Part shown: positions 46,980 to 57,250 of the stretch, one piece after another
How the letters are laid out: every line of letters starts with the position of its first letter
Position numbering within the stretch: position 1 is the stretch's first letter
Virus record (IMG/VR): IMGVR_UViG_3300023174_000047
Span: 96,001 to 160,000 of that record
Direction: 5' to 3' (one strand)
Source of the DNA: a virus
Lineage: Duplodnaviria > Caudoviricetes
Length of the DNA stretch: 64,000 bases
The notes under the pieces: generated by a model
Told to the model about the DNA's origin: nothing
The model's database searches: none
The model's input: the letters and a program-made list of their open reading frames with translations, nothing else
Program-made: the position numbers and the translations under genes

Positions 46980-47888
46980 ATGCAGGATTTTAAGAATTTT
47001 TACAAACAAGAGGTTATAAATGAATCAATAAAGGATTTTATTCGCAACCCCAAAGCACTCATTGCAACCGCGTTATTTCTCGGCATTGTTGATCAAGCAT
47101 ATGTTATTCCAAGTATAAAAAGAATCAGCAAAGAGGTGCAGGAAAAATTAAATAAAATGCCACCCGAACGAGCTGCACAGATTCAGCAAAAAGCTATTAA
47201 GACTACCAATACACCATTAGTTGATAAGCTGCTCAAGCAAGCCATTGAAGCATCAACAATTAAAAGAGAAACACCGCAACATGCCATGCCTATAAAAGAT
47301 ACACAACAAATGTCACAACAAATATTACCCATGGATAAGCAAAAGAGTCAGCAGTTCTATAAAGATGCATTGAAATACATCAAACAAAATGAACTTGGTG
47401 GTACAAATATTAATTACCGCATGCCATATAAAGACCACAAAGGTTATGAAACCATTGGAGTAGGACACCTCGTAACAAGCAAAGAGAAAAAAAATAAAAT
47501 ATTTGATAACGGCATTTCCGAGCAGGAAGTTTTAGATTTATTTGAAAAAGATATTCAATCAAAACTAGCAACAGCGCGCCGATTGTTTAAAACATATGAT
47601 GAATATCCTGATTATTTAAAAATTAAACTTTTAGATGGTATTTTTAGAGGTGATGTATCTGGATCCCCAAAAACCATTGCGCTCATCAATGCAGGCAAGT
47701 GGACACAGGCAGCAGCTGAATTTCTAGACAGCAAAGAATATAAAGATGCAGTCGAAAATGGATATGGAACAGGTCCGCGCATGAAAAAAATTGCAGATGC
47801 AATGTTGAGCATGGCAGAAGAACAAAAATCACCTGATGTACCTGCAACAAATTCACCATTACTACCAGAAACAACCCCATTTTTCTAG
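46980..47888 (+). CDS. T4-type (GH24) lysozyme with a long N-terminal extension
   Basis: NE......YKDHKGYETIGVGHL and W.QAAAEFLDS; start at 46980 by promoter spacing. Confidence 0.88.
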   Translation: MQDFKNFYKQEVINESIKDFIRNPKALIATALFLGIVDQAYVIPSIKRISKEVQEKLNKMPPERAAQIQQKAIKTTNTPLVDKLLKQAIEASTIKRETPQHAMPIKDTQQMSQQILPMDKQKSQQFYKDALKYIKQNELGGTNINYRMPYKDHKGYETIGVGHLVTSKEKKNKIFDNGISEQEVLDLFEKDIQSKLATARRLFKTYDEYPDYLKIKLLDGIFRGDVSGSPKTIALINAGKWTQAAAEFLDSKEYKDAVENGYGTGPRMKKIADAMLSMAEEQKSPDVPATNSPLLPETTPFF

Positions 47889-47909
47889 TAAGCAACAATA
47901 AATACTAAC

Positions 47910-48461
47910 ATGGCACAGACTAACCAAACCATTGGAAACTTTTATGAACGCGCAGTATCACGTGAGTTCTCACGTGATTTCTTGTTCCGAGTCCTCAGCA
48001 TTAATTTTGCAGGTGGAGCAGTCTTCAACGAAGACGAGCTCATTTATGCAAAGACAGCAAAGCTCCCTGCTCGAAATATCACTAATACGCAAGCTAAATT
48101 CATGGGTCTCAACTTCAACATTGCAGGTACTGCTACATATCCAGGAAGCGAATCTTATATAATTACCTTTTACTGTGATGCTACTTCTTCACTTAGAAAC
48201 AAATTTTTGCAAGAATCACGTAGAGTGTTTGATGATGCAACCAGTACAGGTGATTACAACATTGCAGGCCGCGCCAGCGCAATCACATTGCTGCAGTTAG
48301 ATAAAGCACTCAACCCTGTCTCAACATTCCGTTTAGTTGGTGCAAGCGTAAGAAATGTTGGTGAAATTGGATATAGCATGGCAGATGGAACTGGCCAGCC
48401 TGTTACATTTGATGCAACGATTGCATATCACTTCTTTGAAGAGAATGCACCTGTGCAATAA
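47910..48461 (+). CDS. 19: Tail tube protein, T4 gp19-like
   Basis: FLFRV, KTAKLPARNI, FMG..FNIAG, ITFYCD and FDATIAYHFF. Confidence 0.8.
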   Translation: MAQTNQTIGNFYERAVSREFSRDFLFRVLSINFAGGAVFNEDELIYAKTAKLPARNITNTQAKFMGLNFNIAGTATYPGSESYIITFYCDATSSLRNKFLQESRRVFDDATSTGDYNIAGRASAITLLQLDKALNPVSTFRLVGASVRNVGEIGYSMADGTGQPVTFDATIAYHFFEENAPVQ

Positions 48462-48469
48462 ATAATTAG

Positions 48470-49177
48470 GTGCCACAATCACCTAGAGAAACGTATCTTA
48501 GTCTATTTGAAAAATGGGAATACAATCTTGCGCTAAATTCGCAGTGGATTCTTATTATTCATGATTTGCCTCGCATCAGAAACATTGTTAGTAAAGTATC
48601 AACACTAGAATCATGGGTTCCAAACACAGATTGGAACATAAACACAGCAACATATGAAGCACTCACCAAAGAACAGGTGCAGAGTACAGATGCAATGGGT
48701 TGCTTTTTTGTAGATAATGTTGTTATTCCTGGTGAAGGCTACAACCAAGAGGAAGCAACTATAAACAACAGTGGCGGTTTCATTAATGTTGGGGTATCAG
48801 GCAAGAGATCGACTTTTTCTGGCAAAAGAATAGCCACATCATTCAGAGAAACAAACATCGACTTTGTGGAGACTGTTTTGAGGCCATGGGTTATTGCATG
48901 CTCACACATTGGATATTTTGCTTTTCAATCTGCGCAAAACAATGTTAAAATTCCGAGAATGCAGCTTATACATTTTTCCCGCCTAAAACACACACCCATT
49001 GCACCATATAGTGATGAAACATTTAGGCCCATCAGAAAAATTTACAATTTTTACAATGTAGCACCTGTTGAGGTTGACGCAAAGACATATACATATGCTG
49101 AAGATCAAGGTACCCCACAGTCCAGACAAGTGGGGTGGATTTTTGATAGTTACAGCATACAATATTCTAAAAAATAA
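48470..49177 (+). CDS. Tube-initiator, gp54/gp19-like paralog (GTG start)
   Basis: DNVVIPGE, SFRETN and YNFYNVAPVEV; follows the tube gene. Confidence 0.6.
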   Translation: MPQSPRETYLSLFEKWEYNLALNSQWILIIHDLPRIRNIVSKVSTLESWVPNTDWNINTATYEALTKEQVQSTDAMGCFFVDNVVIPGEGYNQEEATINNSGGFINVGVSGKRSTFSGKRIATSFRETNIDFVETVLRPWVIACSHIGYFAFQSAQNNVKIPRMQLIHFSRLKHTPIAPYSDETFRPIRKIYNFYNVAPVEVDAKTYTYAEDQGTPQSRQVGWIFDSYSIQYSKK

Positions 49178-50049
49178 TGTTATCTACTTTTTATTCTGCA
49201 TTGCATTTGCCTGCATGCAAACAAATTGTTCATCTAAAACAGATGAACAGCAATGCATTTTTGCAATTGCAGAAATACATCATTGAAGATAGTGATGAAC
49301 TTATAAACGAATTTTTGATGAATCTCATCAAAGAATGCATGAGAGAGCAGGAGATTTTTGATTCTCTCAACTGCATCGATAAGCTTGCATGCTTAATGAA
49401 AATACGCAGCATAAGCTGCGGCGATACAGTTGTTTTCAGCAACCAACAGAACGTGCAAGGACAAATAAGCATGAATCATATCTTAAATTGCATGCATGAT
49501 ATCAATTTCAATGTAAGTGCATTGCATAACAACAACCAAGTGCAGGTAATGATATCCTTGCCGCATACACTTTTGCTGCCAAACATTTCATCAGTAATTC
49601 AAAGCTGTTTGAATGCAATTATTTTTAATGATTCAAAAATTGAAATGCAAAAAATGCCCAACGAACATGTCGTAGAAATACTCAACAATTTAGATTCACA
49701 CACAGCCAGTTATATTTATAAATTTATTAATAATTATGCTGATGATCTCACTTTAACTGTATTTACTGGTAATGCAACGTTGCAATTGGAAAGCATCATA
49801 TTATCCCCATTCAATAATTCTATGCTAGATTTTTGTAAATTTATTTTAAAAGATGATTTGCTAAATCTCTACAAAAACATACACACACTCTGTAGCAAAT
49901 CACATCTAACACCTGAATTTTTAATGAATATTCCACCCATTGAACAGCAACTCTACACTAAATTATTAATAGATGAGATTGAGCAGACTAATAAGCAGTT
50001 GACAGAGGAGCACGGAGGAATAAATATGCCAGCATATGGACAAGTATAA
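49177..50049 (+). CDS. Baseplate hub assembly protein, gp26-like with a gp51-like C-terminus
   Basis: LHLPACKQIV and DKLACLMKIRSISCGD; C-terminal LTPEFLMNIPPIEQQLY..LL. Confidence 0.6.
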   Translation: MLSTFYSALHLPACKQIVHLKQMNSNAFLQLQKYIIEDSDELINEFLMNLIKECMREQEIFDSLNCIDKLACLMKIRSISCGDTVVFSNQQNVQGQISMNHILNCMHDINFNVSALHNNNQVQVMISLPHTLLLPNISSVIQSCLNAIIFNDSKIEMQKMPNEHVVEILNNLDSHTASYIYKFINNYADDLTLTVFTGNATLQLESIILSPFNNSMLDFCKFILKDDLLNLYKNIHTLCSKSHLTPEFLMNIPPIEQQLYTKLLIDEIEQTNKQLTEEHGGINMPAYGQV

Positions 50050-50752
50050 CAGTGTTTTAAGTCACCTCAAAAAAATTAATGAAGAGACAGTCATCAGCTG
50101 TTTTATTCCATCTTTATTGAGAGAAGTAAATTTTAAACCCATGAATGTTGCGCAACAGCAGCAGCTCATTAAAAACATTTCGAATGAAGCAACTGATAAT
50201 CTTAAAATTGCCAACAGCATCAATGATATGCTGCAAACAAACTGCATGGAAGATATTGATTTGTGTGTGATAGATAGAGAGATTGTTTTATTACAGTACA
50301 GAATGCATGATGTATCCATTGATGAAAATGAGCGCACAAAAATTGCAGAAGCAATTGAAGCAATCAAGCAAACTAATGATTTAAACACTAAAAAAACAAT
50401 TGAAGCATACGGCATCACTGTCAATTGCAGCGCACCATCACTCAGACGCGATGCTGTTATCAATGCTGCAACCATCAAAGCCATTGAATCAAATAATAGT
50501 AAAAAGCAGCAAGATCTTATACCATTAATATATACACACCAGATAATCAAATACATAAACAACATACACATAGGTGAAGATGTACTTGTTTCTTTCGATG
50601 ATCCCACTGATCTCCCCAATTTGACTACAATTGTTAACAACATACCTGTTGATATAAACAATGGTGTTATTTCTTTTGCAAACAGCATGCAAACAATGTT
50701 TAAACACGTGCTCAAAGACAAAAACATCTCTTTGCAGACCCCAACCATGTGA
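50036..50752 (+). CDS. Baseplate hub assembly protein, gp26-like paralog
   Basis: IPSLLREVNFKPMNV.QQ and DREIVLLQYR. Confidence 0.6.
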   Translation: MDKYNSVLSHLKKINEETVISCFIPSLLREVNFKPMNVAQQQQLIKNISNEATDNLKIANSINDMLQTNCMEDIDLCVIDREIVLLQYRMHDVSIDENERTKIAEAIEAIKQTNDLNTKKTIEAYGITVNCSAPSLRRDAVINAATIKAIESNNSKKQQDLIPLIYTHQIIKYINNIHIGEDVLVSFDDPTDLPNLTTIVNNIPVDINNGVISFANSMQTMFKHVLKDKNISLQTPTM

Positions 50753-50772
50753 GTGTCTCATAAATAATCTGG

Positions 50773-52755
50773 ATGACCCCAGAGGAGATCCAGAATATCC
50801 TTGATACACTTAAAAAATCAATTGAGAGCTTTGCTGCTCAAATTGGTACCATTGCTACTGGCGTCGAAAAACCGAAAACAGTACAATCTGTTATCACAAC
50901 GCAAGATCAAGGTGATAGTAAAGAGCAAACTGCACGTCTAAACGATAGTATCGGGCTAGGTGATGTAAAATTCATTGATGCTCTATACAAAAAGTTTCAG
51001 CCCCTGCTTGAGAGTCTTGTTCCCAAAACCGCAGCACCTGCAAATCAATCAGAAGACTCAGCTAGTGATACTGCTAGCGGTGCAGGGTTTATTGATTATT
51101 TTAATAAACAGTTTCAACCGATACTTGAGAGGTTTTTTCCTAAGACAGCTTCACCTGTTAATGAAAAAGAAGACTTAGCAGATGTTTTAGCTGGTGATGA
51201 GACAGAAAAAGTTACAAAAGTTTCTGTTGTGGGTATTAGTAGTGATGTACTCAAAATGCTCAATGGTGTTACAGCTCCACCAACCCCCGAAAAGGGTGGT
51301 GGCTTTTTAAGTGGTATCATGGGGTTATTAGGCGGTGTTGGTGCAACTGCTGCTGGCGGCGGCATACTTGCAATGATTACTGGTCTACCTGCTGCAATAC
51401 CAGGCATCTTAACAGCGCTAGGTGCCATTGTTCTTGGTGCTGCTGCATTAAGTTTGGCTATTGGCATTGTTGTTAAAACAATAAGCTTATTAAAGGATGA
51501 TTTTATAGAAATATTTCCTATCATTGATAAATTCGCCGAATTATTTATTAAGGTTGCTAAAGAAATTATTCCTGTAGTGTATAAAGCATTGGCTGATTTT
51601 GTTGCTACAATATTACCACCGCTACTTGATGGTCTCACAAAGTTTGCTTCTGTTGTAATTCCTGCAATCATTGGTGCAATAGCTGAACTTATTGGCTCAC
51701 CTGGCTTTAAATTTATTACCGGTGCACTTGTTCCGGTGCTTTCTCAAATCATTGATGTTATTAGCAATTTGCTGTCTGAATTAATAGGCGGTATAAAATC
51801 CATTTTTACAGATACAAAAGACTTTTTGGTGAGTCTATTTGAAAATATTAAACAAATTGTTGTGCCGATTATAAATGGCATCAGGGATATCATCGTTGCC
51901 ATTGCAGAGCCTGTCAAGGAAGTGTTTATCTCTAGTTTTGAGAATATTAAAAAAGTGGTTCTTGCTGTCTTGCCCGTTGTTTCATCTGCCATTGACAGGA
52001 TTTTTGATACCTTTGATAATTTTGTTGGCAAGGCTAAAGAAATACTTGAAGGTTTGCCCACCATCTTAGATAAGATTCTAAACAGCATTAAAGATTTTGC
52101 AAACAATGTTATAATTGGCAGGATTGGCGCAGTTGCAGTAGAGTTAACAGCACTTGGTGCTGCACTTATAGGCTTAACTGGAGGTAGCTTAGTCGCAAGC
52201 ATTACAAATTTCTTTACCGGGGGAGGCCCATTTGAAAAAATCATTGAGTTTCAAAACAATTTAAATGAAAGCAAACTCAAATTACTCGAGAATTTAGCAC
52301 CATCACTGCAAAAACTTACAGACATTGATATAAGCCAACTCAAAGGCTTGTCTACAATCTTAAATGAATTGATGGATCAAAGCTTGCAAGTTGCATCAAC
52401 AGTAGAAAAGATTTTTGCCGGAAAAGGATTATTTAACAAGTCAGGTGGAATTCTTGAGTTAGTTGACAAACTCGAAAAATCAAAACAAGGCGCCGAAAAC
52501 ACCATCTCTAATGTTATTATCAAGACATCTGAAGCACAAAAGCAGATTGCTGAGCTACACCTCAAAGAAGCGATGATAACCAACAAAATTCTGTCCGAAA
52601 TTTACAAAAAGATGGATGCTTTTGCAGATATGCCGCAAAAAAGCAATGTTACTGCAAAGAAGCTTGCTGGCCTCGATATCGATGCAACCATGGCGCTGCA
52701 ATTTACATCCAACAACACCAGACAACAAATAGTGCAGTCTGGTAATAGCATATGA
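50773..52755 (+). CDS. Tape-measure / gp29-like hub protein
   Basis: Gly/Ala-rich hydrophobic segments and amphipathic helical repeats; position between the hub genes. Confidence 0.7.
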   Translation: MTPEEIQNILDTLKKSIESFAAQIGTIATGVEKPKTVQSVITTQDQGDSKEQTARLNDSIGLGDVKFIDALYKKFQPLLESLVPKTAAPANQSEDSASDTASGAGFIDYFNKQFQPILERFFPKTASPVNEKEDLADVLAGDETEKVTKVSVVGISSDVLKMLNGVTAPPTPEKGGGFLSGIMGLLGGVGATAAGGGILAMITGLPAAIPGILTALGAIVLGAAALSLAIGIVVKTISLLKDDFIEIFPIIDKFAELFIKVAKEIIPVVYKALADFVATILPPLLDGLTKFASVVIPAIIGAIAELIGSPGFKFITGALVPVLSQIIDVISNLLSELIGGIKSIFTDTKDFLVSLFENIKQIVVPIINGIRDIIVAIAEPVKEVFISSFENIKKVVLAVLPVVSSAIDRIFDTFDNFVGKAKEILEGLPTILDKILNSIKDFANNVIIGRIGAVAVELTALGAALIGLTGGSLVASITNFFTGGGPFEKIIEFQNNLNESKLKLLENLAPSLQKLTDIDISQLKGLSTILNELMDQSLQVASTVEKIFAGKGLFNKSGGILELVDKLEKSKQGAENTISNVIIKTSEAQKQIAELHLKEAMITNKILSEIYKKMDAFADMPQKSNVTAKKLAGLDIDATMALQFTSNNTRQQIVQSGNSI

Positions 52756-52789
52756 GCCGCGAGTTACATATGATGTTATAAATATATGC

Positions 52790-53890
52790 ATGGCTTTATT
52801 TAAAATCGAACCCGCAACAATGCCTGTTACTAAACTGCAATATTATGCAGCAGTACCAGACTCAGTAAATGCAGGCACGAAATCTGTTGCCTCACCTGTC
52901 AATGGACAGCCCGTCATTGCAAGAAAAGTGCCTAGAGCTTTATCTAAAATAGGAAGCATTGATGTATATAATACTTTTGACTGGACTGCTTCACCTATTA
53001 ACAATGCTGGCTTTGCTAATATAACAAAGCCTCCATTTGCTAAATTAACAGAATATAGACTGGATGATAGAGCCGTAATTAATTCAATCTTGTATTATGT
53101 TCAAGCAGCTGGTGATCAAATTGGAGCAATTGCTGGTGTAGTTGCGCCTAGTGTAGCGGGCACAATTAAAAATTTAGCAGATACAGTGCGTGACGGTGTT
53201 CTAGGAGCAACTGGTGTAGATGTTAACAAGGAAAAAATAGAAGAAGCATCGGCAAGCCCATGGATTACACCATATGAAGGGCTATACTTGATGAAACCAA
53301 CACAATTTACTTACTTCTTGCCATACTTCGAGAATGATGCATTTGCACCTGCAAGAAGCTCATATAGTGAAATGTCATATCCTGGTGTATCAATAATACG
53401 CGGAGCCAGGGATACAACTACAGAGATGAGCAGAATAGTTTCACCTGGGCAGTACATTGAATCACCCAAACTCTTTACATTGAGTGACGGAAACTCTCCA
53501 TCCTTAGAAATAAATTTTCCTTTACTTAACACCATTTCGTTTGAGAGTGCAGTTAGGAATTATCAATTTCTGTGGTTGTTAATGTTTCAGAACACACCGC
53601 AGCGTGTAACAAAGTCCGTTGTAGAGATGCCTCGCATGTATGATGTACAAATTCCCGGTGTAGCATTTTTAAAATATGCATACATTGAAAGCATGGTGGT
53701 AAACTTCATAGGTGTTCGTCGCCGTGTAATCATTCCCATGCCAGCATGCCCTAACAATCCTCCAGAGGTTGAAGTTATTATGCCTGATGCCTATAGTGTC
53801 AAATTGACTGTAAAATCTTTAGTCATGAATGCAAATAATATGATGTTAGAAAATTGGAGACTGTCGGACACAAAATTCAAAAGCCCATGA
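52790..53890 (+). CDS. Baseplate tube cap, gp48-like
   Basis: INFPLLNT, FQNTPQR, YDVQIPG and AYIESM.VNF; position. Confidence 0.55.
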   Translation: MALFKIEPATMPVTKLQYYAAVPDSVNAGTKSVASPVNGQPVIARKVPRALSKIGSIDVYNTFDWTASPINNAGFANITKPPFAKLTEYRLDDRAVINSILYYVQAAGDQIGAIAGVVAPSVAGTIKNLADTVRDGVLGATGVDVNKEKIEEASASPWITPYEGLYLMKPTQFTYFLPYFENDAFAPARSSYSEMSYPGVSIIRGARDTTTEMSRIVSPGQYIESPKLFTLSDGNSPSLEINFPLLNTISFESAVRNYQFLWLLMFQNTPQRVTKSVVEMPRMYDVQIPGVAFLKYAYIESMVVNFIGVRRRVIIPMPACPNNPPEVEVIMPDAYSVKLTVKSLVMNANNMMLENWRLSDTKFKSP

Positions 53891-54264
53891 GTAATTTTAT
53901 TACAGATAGACCCATTGATGCACTAACAGTTCCCGATATTCCAACTGTAGCTGGGGAGTATTATGAAAATATACTCAACATGTATCAGACTCAAGATGAT
54001 AGCAATTACTACTACTATAACATAAGTAACAAAGTAGTCATTAATATTGCTAATATTAATGCTGATTATATCGATTATTATTATTTGGATACACCGATGC
54101 CTCTTACAACACTGAGCTACAGAATTTTTGGAACACAACACTTGTGGTGGCTCATTGTTGCAATGAATAAACTCAACCCCATTGATATTCCACCTGCAGG
54201 CACAGTCATTGTTGTGCCAAAGACGCAGTACTTGGCAAATGTCTTACAAACCATCAAGCAATGA
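53887..54264 (+). CDS. 53: Baseplate wedge, gp53-like (LysM-like)
   Basis: LTTLSYRIFGTQHLWWLIVAMN...P..G; start moved to 53887. Confidence 0.78.
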   Translation: MSNFITDRPIDALTVPDIPTVAGEYYENILNMYQTQDDSNYYYYNISNKVVINIANINADYIDYYYLDTPMPLTTLSYRIFGTQHLWWLIVAMNKLNPIDIPPAGTVIVVPKTQYLANVLQTIKQ

Positions 54265-55703
54265 GCAATATTAACGTTGAACGGTTTAATGATACGCCAT
54301 ATAAATTCAATGTAGCAATTTATGATGCGGATGGTAATTATATGACTTTAAATGCAGGTGCATTTCAAAATCTGACCATTGAAGACAGTATTTTTATTCC
54401 ATTTTCCATTGGAACAATGAGTGTCGTTAATGTCAATGAAGTATTGCAATCTTCATCTACTCCTGATTTACCTGCACTCAATTTTGCAGGTAATAATCAT
54501 GATTTACTTGCCATTGACATTATGCCTACCATAACCAGCCAGGGCATTGATGCAGACGCATCAAATGAAAAATTGATGAAAATTTTTAATCTTAATTCTC
54601 TGTATTGCATTAATGAATTGCAAGACTCTGATGAAAAAGCTGGTCGAGTCAATAATGTAATGAATTTCCGTGATGCATACCAGCAAATAATGTTAGAAAA
54701 CTCCGCACAGATTAGTTCTGTTGATGTTTTGCAAAAACTAGGCAGACTCAAAGGAGATGTTGAAAATCTCAACAATTCCGAGCGTGCTGTTGAAATGGGT
54801 GAATTGTTGATGTATTTGCTGGAAAAAACTTTCCCTGATGCTGATGTTATTGATAAACCAAATTTTGACATAGGATATGGCAAGCTATTGTTTCACAGCC
54901 AAGGCAATTCCAATGCATTTCAGGATATGATGCACATCAACTCCTTACAGATGTCAGAGCAAAATCACGATGCATGCATCATTAATCTTGATAGATATAC
55001 CAAAAAATTTACTAACATAGCATTTAGCAAATACTTCGAACTACAACAAACGAACCCGCAGGAGTATGTGCTTGAAACTTTCATTGTGTCAGATGGTCAA
55101 AGCGGTGCAGGTCAGAACAAGCCACCAGCAAGTTCAGGTGGTTTTGATACAACAAGTAACATCATCGAATATAAACTATCACCCATCAATGGCAATGAGT
55201 TTACCCGCAAGATAACGAATGCTGTTTATAATGCAACTGCAGGTGCAGATAAAAATCATTATGTCGGAATGAAACAAAATAACATGAAGACAATTTTAGA
55301 AAAATACAAACAATTGTATGTTGAACCTTTCAACAGCATTGCGCCTAATGCTACACCAAGCATTGATTTTAATAAATTCATTGATCAAGGTGACAAAAAA
55401 CAATTGAGACCGCGTGTTGTCAATGCAACGTTGCCTTTCAAATACGAAGAGCAACCAAGAAATTCCATGTTCATTGACTTGCTTATATCAGGTGGTGATA
55501 ACATTGTGTTTAGATCATTAGGCTCAACTCACCGCCGCAGCGGTCGGTTCATTGACATTACTTCCTTGTCTCAAATTGCTGATAACAAGCTCGCAGATTC
55601 ATTGTTGGGTAGATGGTTTGTTGTAAAGGTCAAACACATCTTCTCAGGCAATAAATACTACAACATAATAGAGGCAGTAAAAACCTACAAACAATCAAAA
55701 TGA
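54261..55703 (+). CDS. Baseplate hub, gp27-like
   Basis: LTIEDSIF.PF..G at the N-terminus; G.T.RRSGRFIDI...GRWFV.KVKH.F at the C-terminus. Confidence 0.7.
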   Translation: MSNINVERFNDTPYKFNVAIYDADGNYMTLNAGAFQNLTIEDSIFIPFSIGTMSVVNVNEVLQSSSTPDLPALNFAGNNHDLLAIDIMPTITSQGIDADASNEKLMKIFNLNSLYCINELQDSDEKAGRVNNVMNFRDAYQQIMLENSAQISSVDVLQKLGRLKGDVENLNNSERAVEMGELLMYLLEKTFPDADVIDKPNFDIGYGKLLFHSQGNSNAFQDMMHINSLQMSEQNHDACIINLDRYTKKFTNIAFSKYFELQQTNPQEYVLETFIVSDGQSGAGQNKPPASSGGFDTTSNIIEYKLSPINGNEFTRKITNAVYNATAGADKNHYVGMKQNNMKTILEKYKQLYVEPFNSIAPNATPSIDFNKFIDQGDKKQLRPRVVNATLPFKYEEQPRNSMFIDLLISGGDNIVFRSLGSTHRRSGRFIDITSLSQIADNKLADSLLGRWFVVKVKHIFSGNKYYNIIEAVKTYKQSK

Positions 55704-57250
55704 TTCTCATCAAGACCAACGCACCGTATTTGATTGAAGCTACTGCGCTGCATAGCATTGATTTTGTGCAGAACAATACCAATCTATGTACATTTACCAA
55801 TGTGTTGAGCGCAGAATATGATCTTGCATTTGCATACAATGCAATTAATTCATCTCCTGATCCAGTTGATGCATTAAGAAAATACATGCAAAAAATAATG
55901 CTTGTTGGAAATCAACTGGATCCACAAACGCTCATTCTACAGATTAATAATGTCCTTGCATATCCATCTCAGATGAGAGATCCTCTCATAAGAGAAATTG
56001 ATGAAGCAATTGCAGCAGCTCAAAAATATAGAAAGCCGCCCGATGATACTGAATTTCCAAGCCTATTATCAAGAATCATCAATGACTGTTCTAGCCCATG
56101 CAATTACTTCAGCACACTTGGTGATGTTTTAGGACTTATGGGTGCATCCACACAGATGAACACCGACAACACAAATGTTGCATGGGATAAAGACTCTACA
56201 TTTATGCATGCTCCTCTAAACGTTGCTAATACAACGTTTAATAAAATCGCAAATACCACTCAACTAATTTTAGCTGGTGCTGCTACTGCTGTAAAAAGTA
56301 TATATAGCAATGGACTTGAGCCGCTATTCAATAACACCCGCCGCGAAACGGAGGAAGAACTTGTCACCCAAGGTAAAAGCATGAGTTTTGTTTCACATGG
56401 CTCGTATCTCGCAACTGATCCTTTTCCATATTTTCAAACACAAAACAATGCAAGTAATATTCTTGCTCGCGCAAAATCATCTCTTAGAGATTGTGCTAGG
56501 CTCAGTGAGTTTAAATACAGATATAATCCTGCAGATCCAGAGATGAATCTTTCTGTTGTATCTCCTGTTACCATATCTGTAAATACTGAAGGAACAACAG
56601 TACAGGTTGATGCATTTGGCAAGATTATTTTGCCCGACAAAAAGCCTAATAAGATGAGCATCAAAGAAGCACTTGACTACAAAGAAAGCAACTATGAAGT
56701 TGACGACGAAGAAAATTGGAATACAAACCCTACAACTGGCATGACAGAAAAAGAACCATCTAACCCCAATGCAGCACAAACTGCGCCTGCCGCAGCTGCG
56801 CAAAAAGAACCACGTGCAAATGTGCGAGGCAGCAGGGTAACAGATTACGGCCAGCTAACAGATCCTTATCTTGATGCCAACACTGCCAAAGGCATAGGAA
56901 TTGCAGGCATCGGTGAAGGCAACGGACCAGCAAGCCTGCAAGGAGGCAATTATTTACTCAAAGATTACTCCATGGCTGTATCACCAGATGTAGAGGCACA
57001 AATGAGATCTACTGGCATAAAGCCTGGCGATTGGGTAAGTGTCAGTACATCCAGCGGACAGACACTTACCAAGCGATGGGATGATGTAACGTCTAGCTCG
57101 CTTGCTGGGCGTGTAGATTTTTACAACCCGGTAGGCAAATCACCGCAGTTGGATGCAAATGTTGTTACCATTGTCAAAGCATCTGGACCACCACTTGGGT
57201 ATGTGCAGCCGCCGAGATATGTCTATGGTAAACCAGCAGGTTTTAAGTAA
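55700..57250 (+). CDS. Baseplate-associated protein with a C-terminal 3D/double-psi-barrel muralytic-like domain
   Basis: SMAVSPD...IKPGDWVSV...DD....GRVDFY. Confidence 0.55.
   Translation: MILIKTNAPYLIEATALHSIDFVQNNTNLCTFTNVLSAEYDLAFAYNAINSSPDPVDALRKYMQKIMLVGNQLDPQTLILQINNVLAYPSQMRDPLIREIDEAIAAAQKYRKPPDDTEFPSLLSRIINDCSSPCNYFSTLGDVLGLMGASTQMNTDNTNVAWDKDSTFMHAPLNVANTTFNKIANTTQLILAGAATAVKSIYSNGLEPLFNNTRRETEEELVTQGKSMSFVSHGSYLATDPFPYFQTQNNASNILARAKSSLRDCARLSEFKYRYNPADPEMNLSVVSPVTISVNTEGTTVQVDAFGKIILPDKKPNKMSIKEALDYKESNYEVDDEENWNTNPTTGMTEKEPSNPNAAQTAPAAAAQKEPRANVRGSRVTDYGQLTDPYLDANTAKGIGIAGIGEGNGPASLQGGNYLLKDYSMAVSPDVEAQMRSTGIKPGDWVSVSTSSGQTLTKRWDDVTSSSLAGRVDFYNPVGKSPQLDANVVTIVKASGPPLGYVQPPRYVYGKPAGFK

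Noticed and set aside
50036-50049. Programmed frameshift between the two ORFs before the tape measure gene
   Set aside because: The second ORF has its own gp26-like N-terminus and I saw no convincing slippery heptamer.
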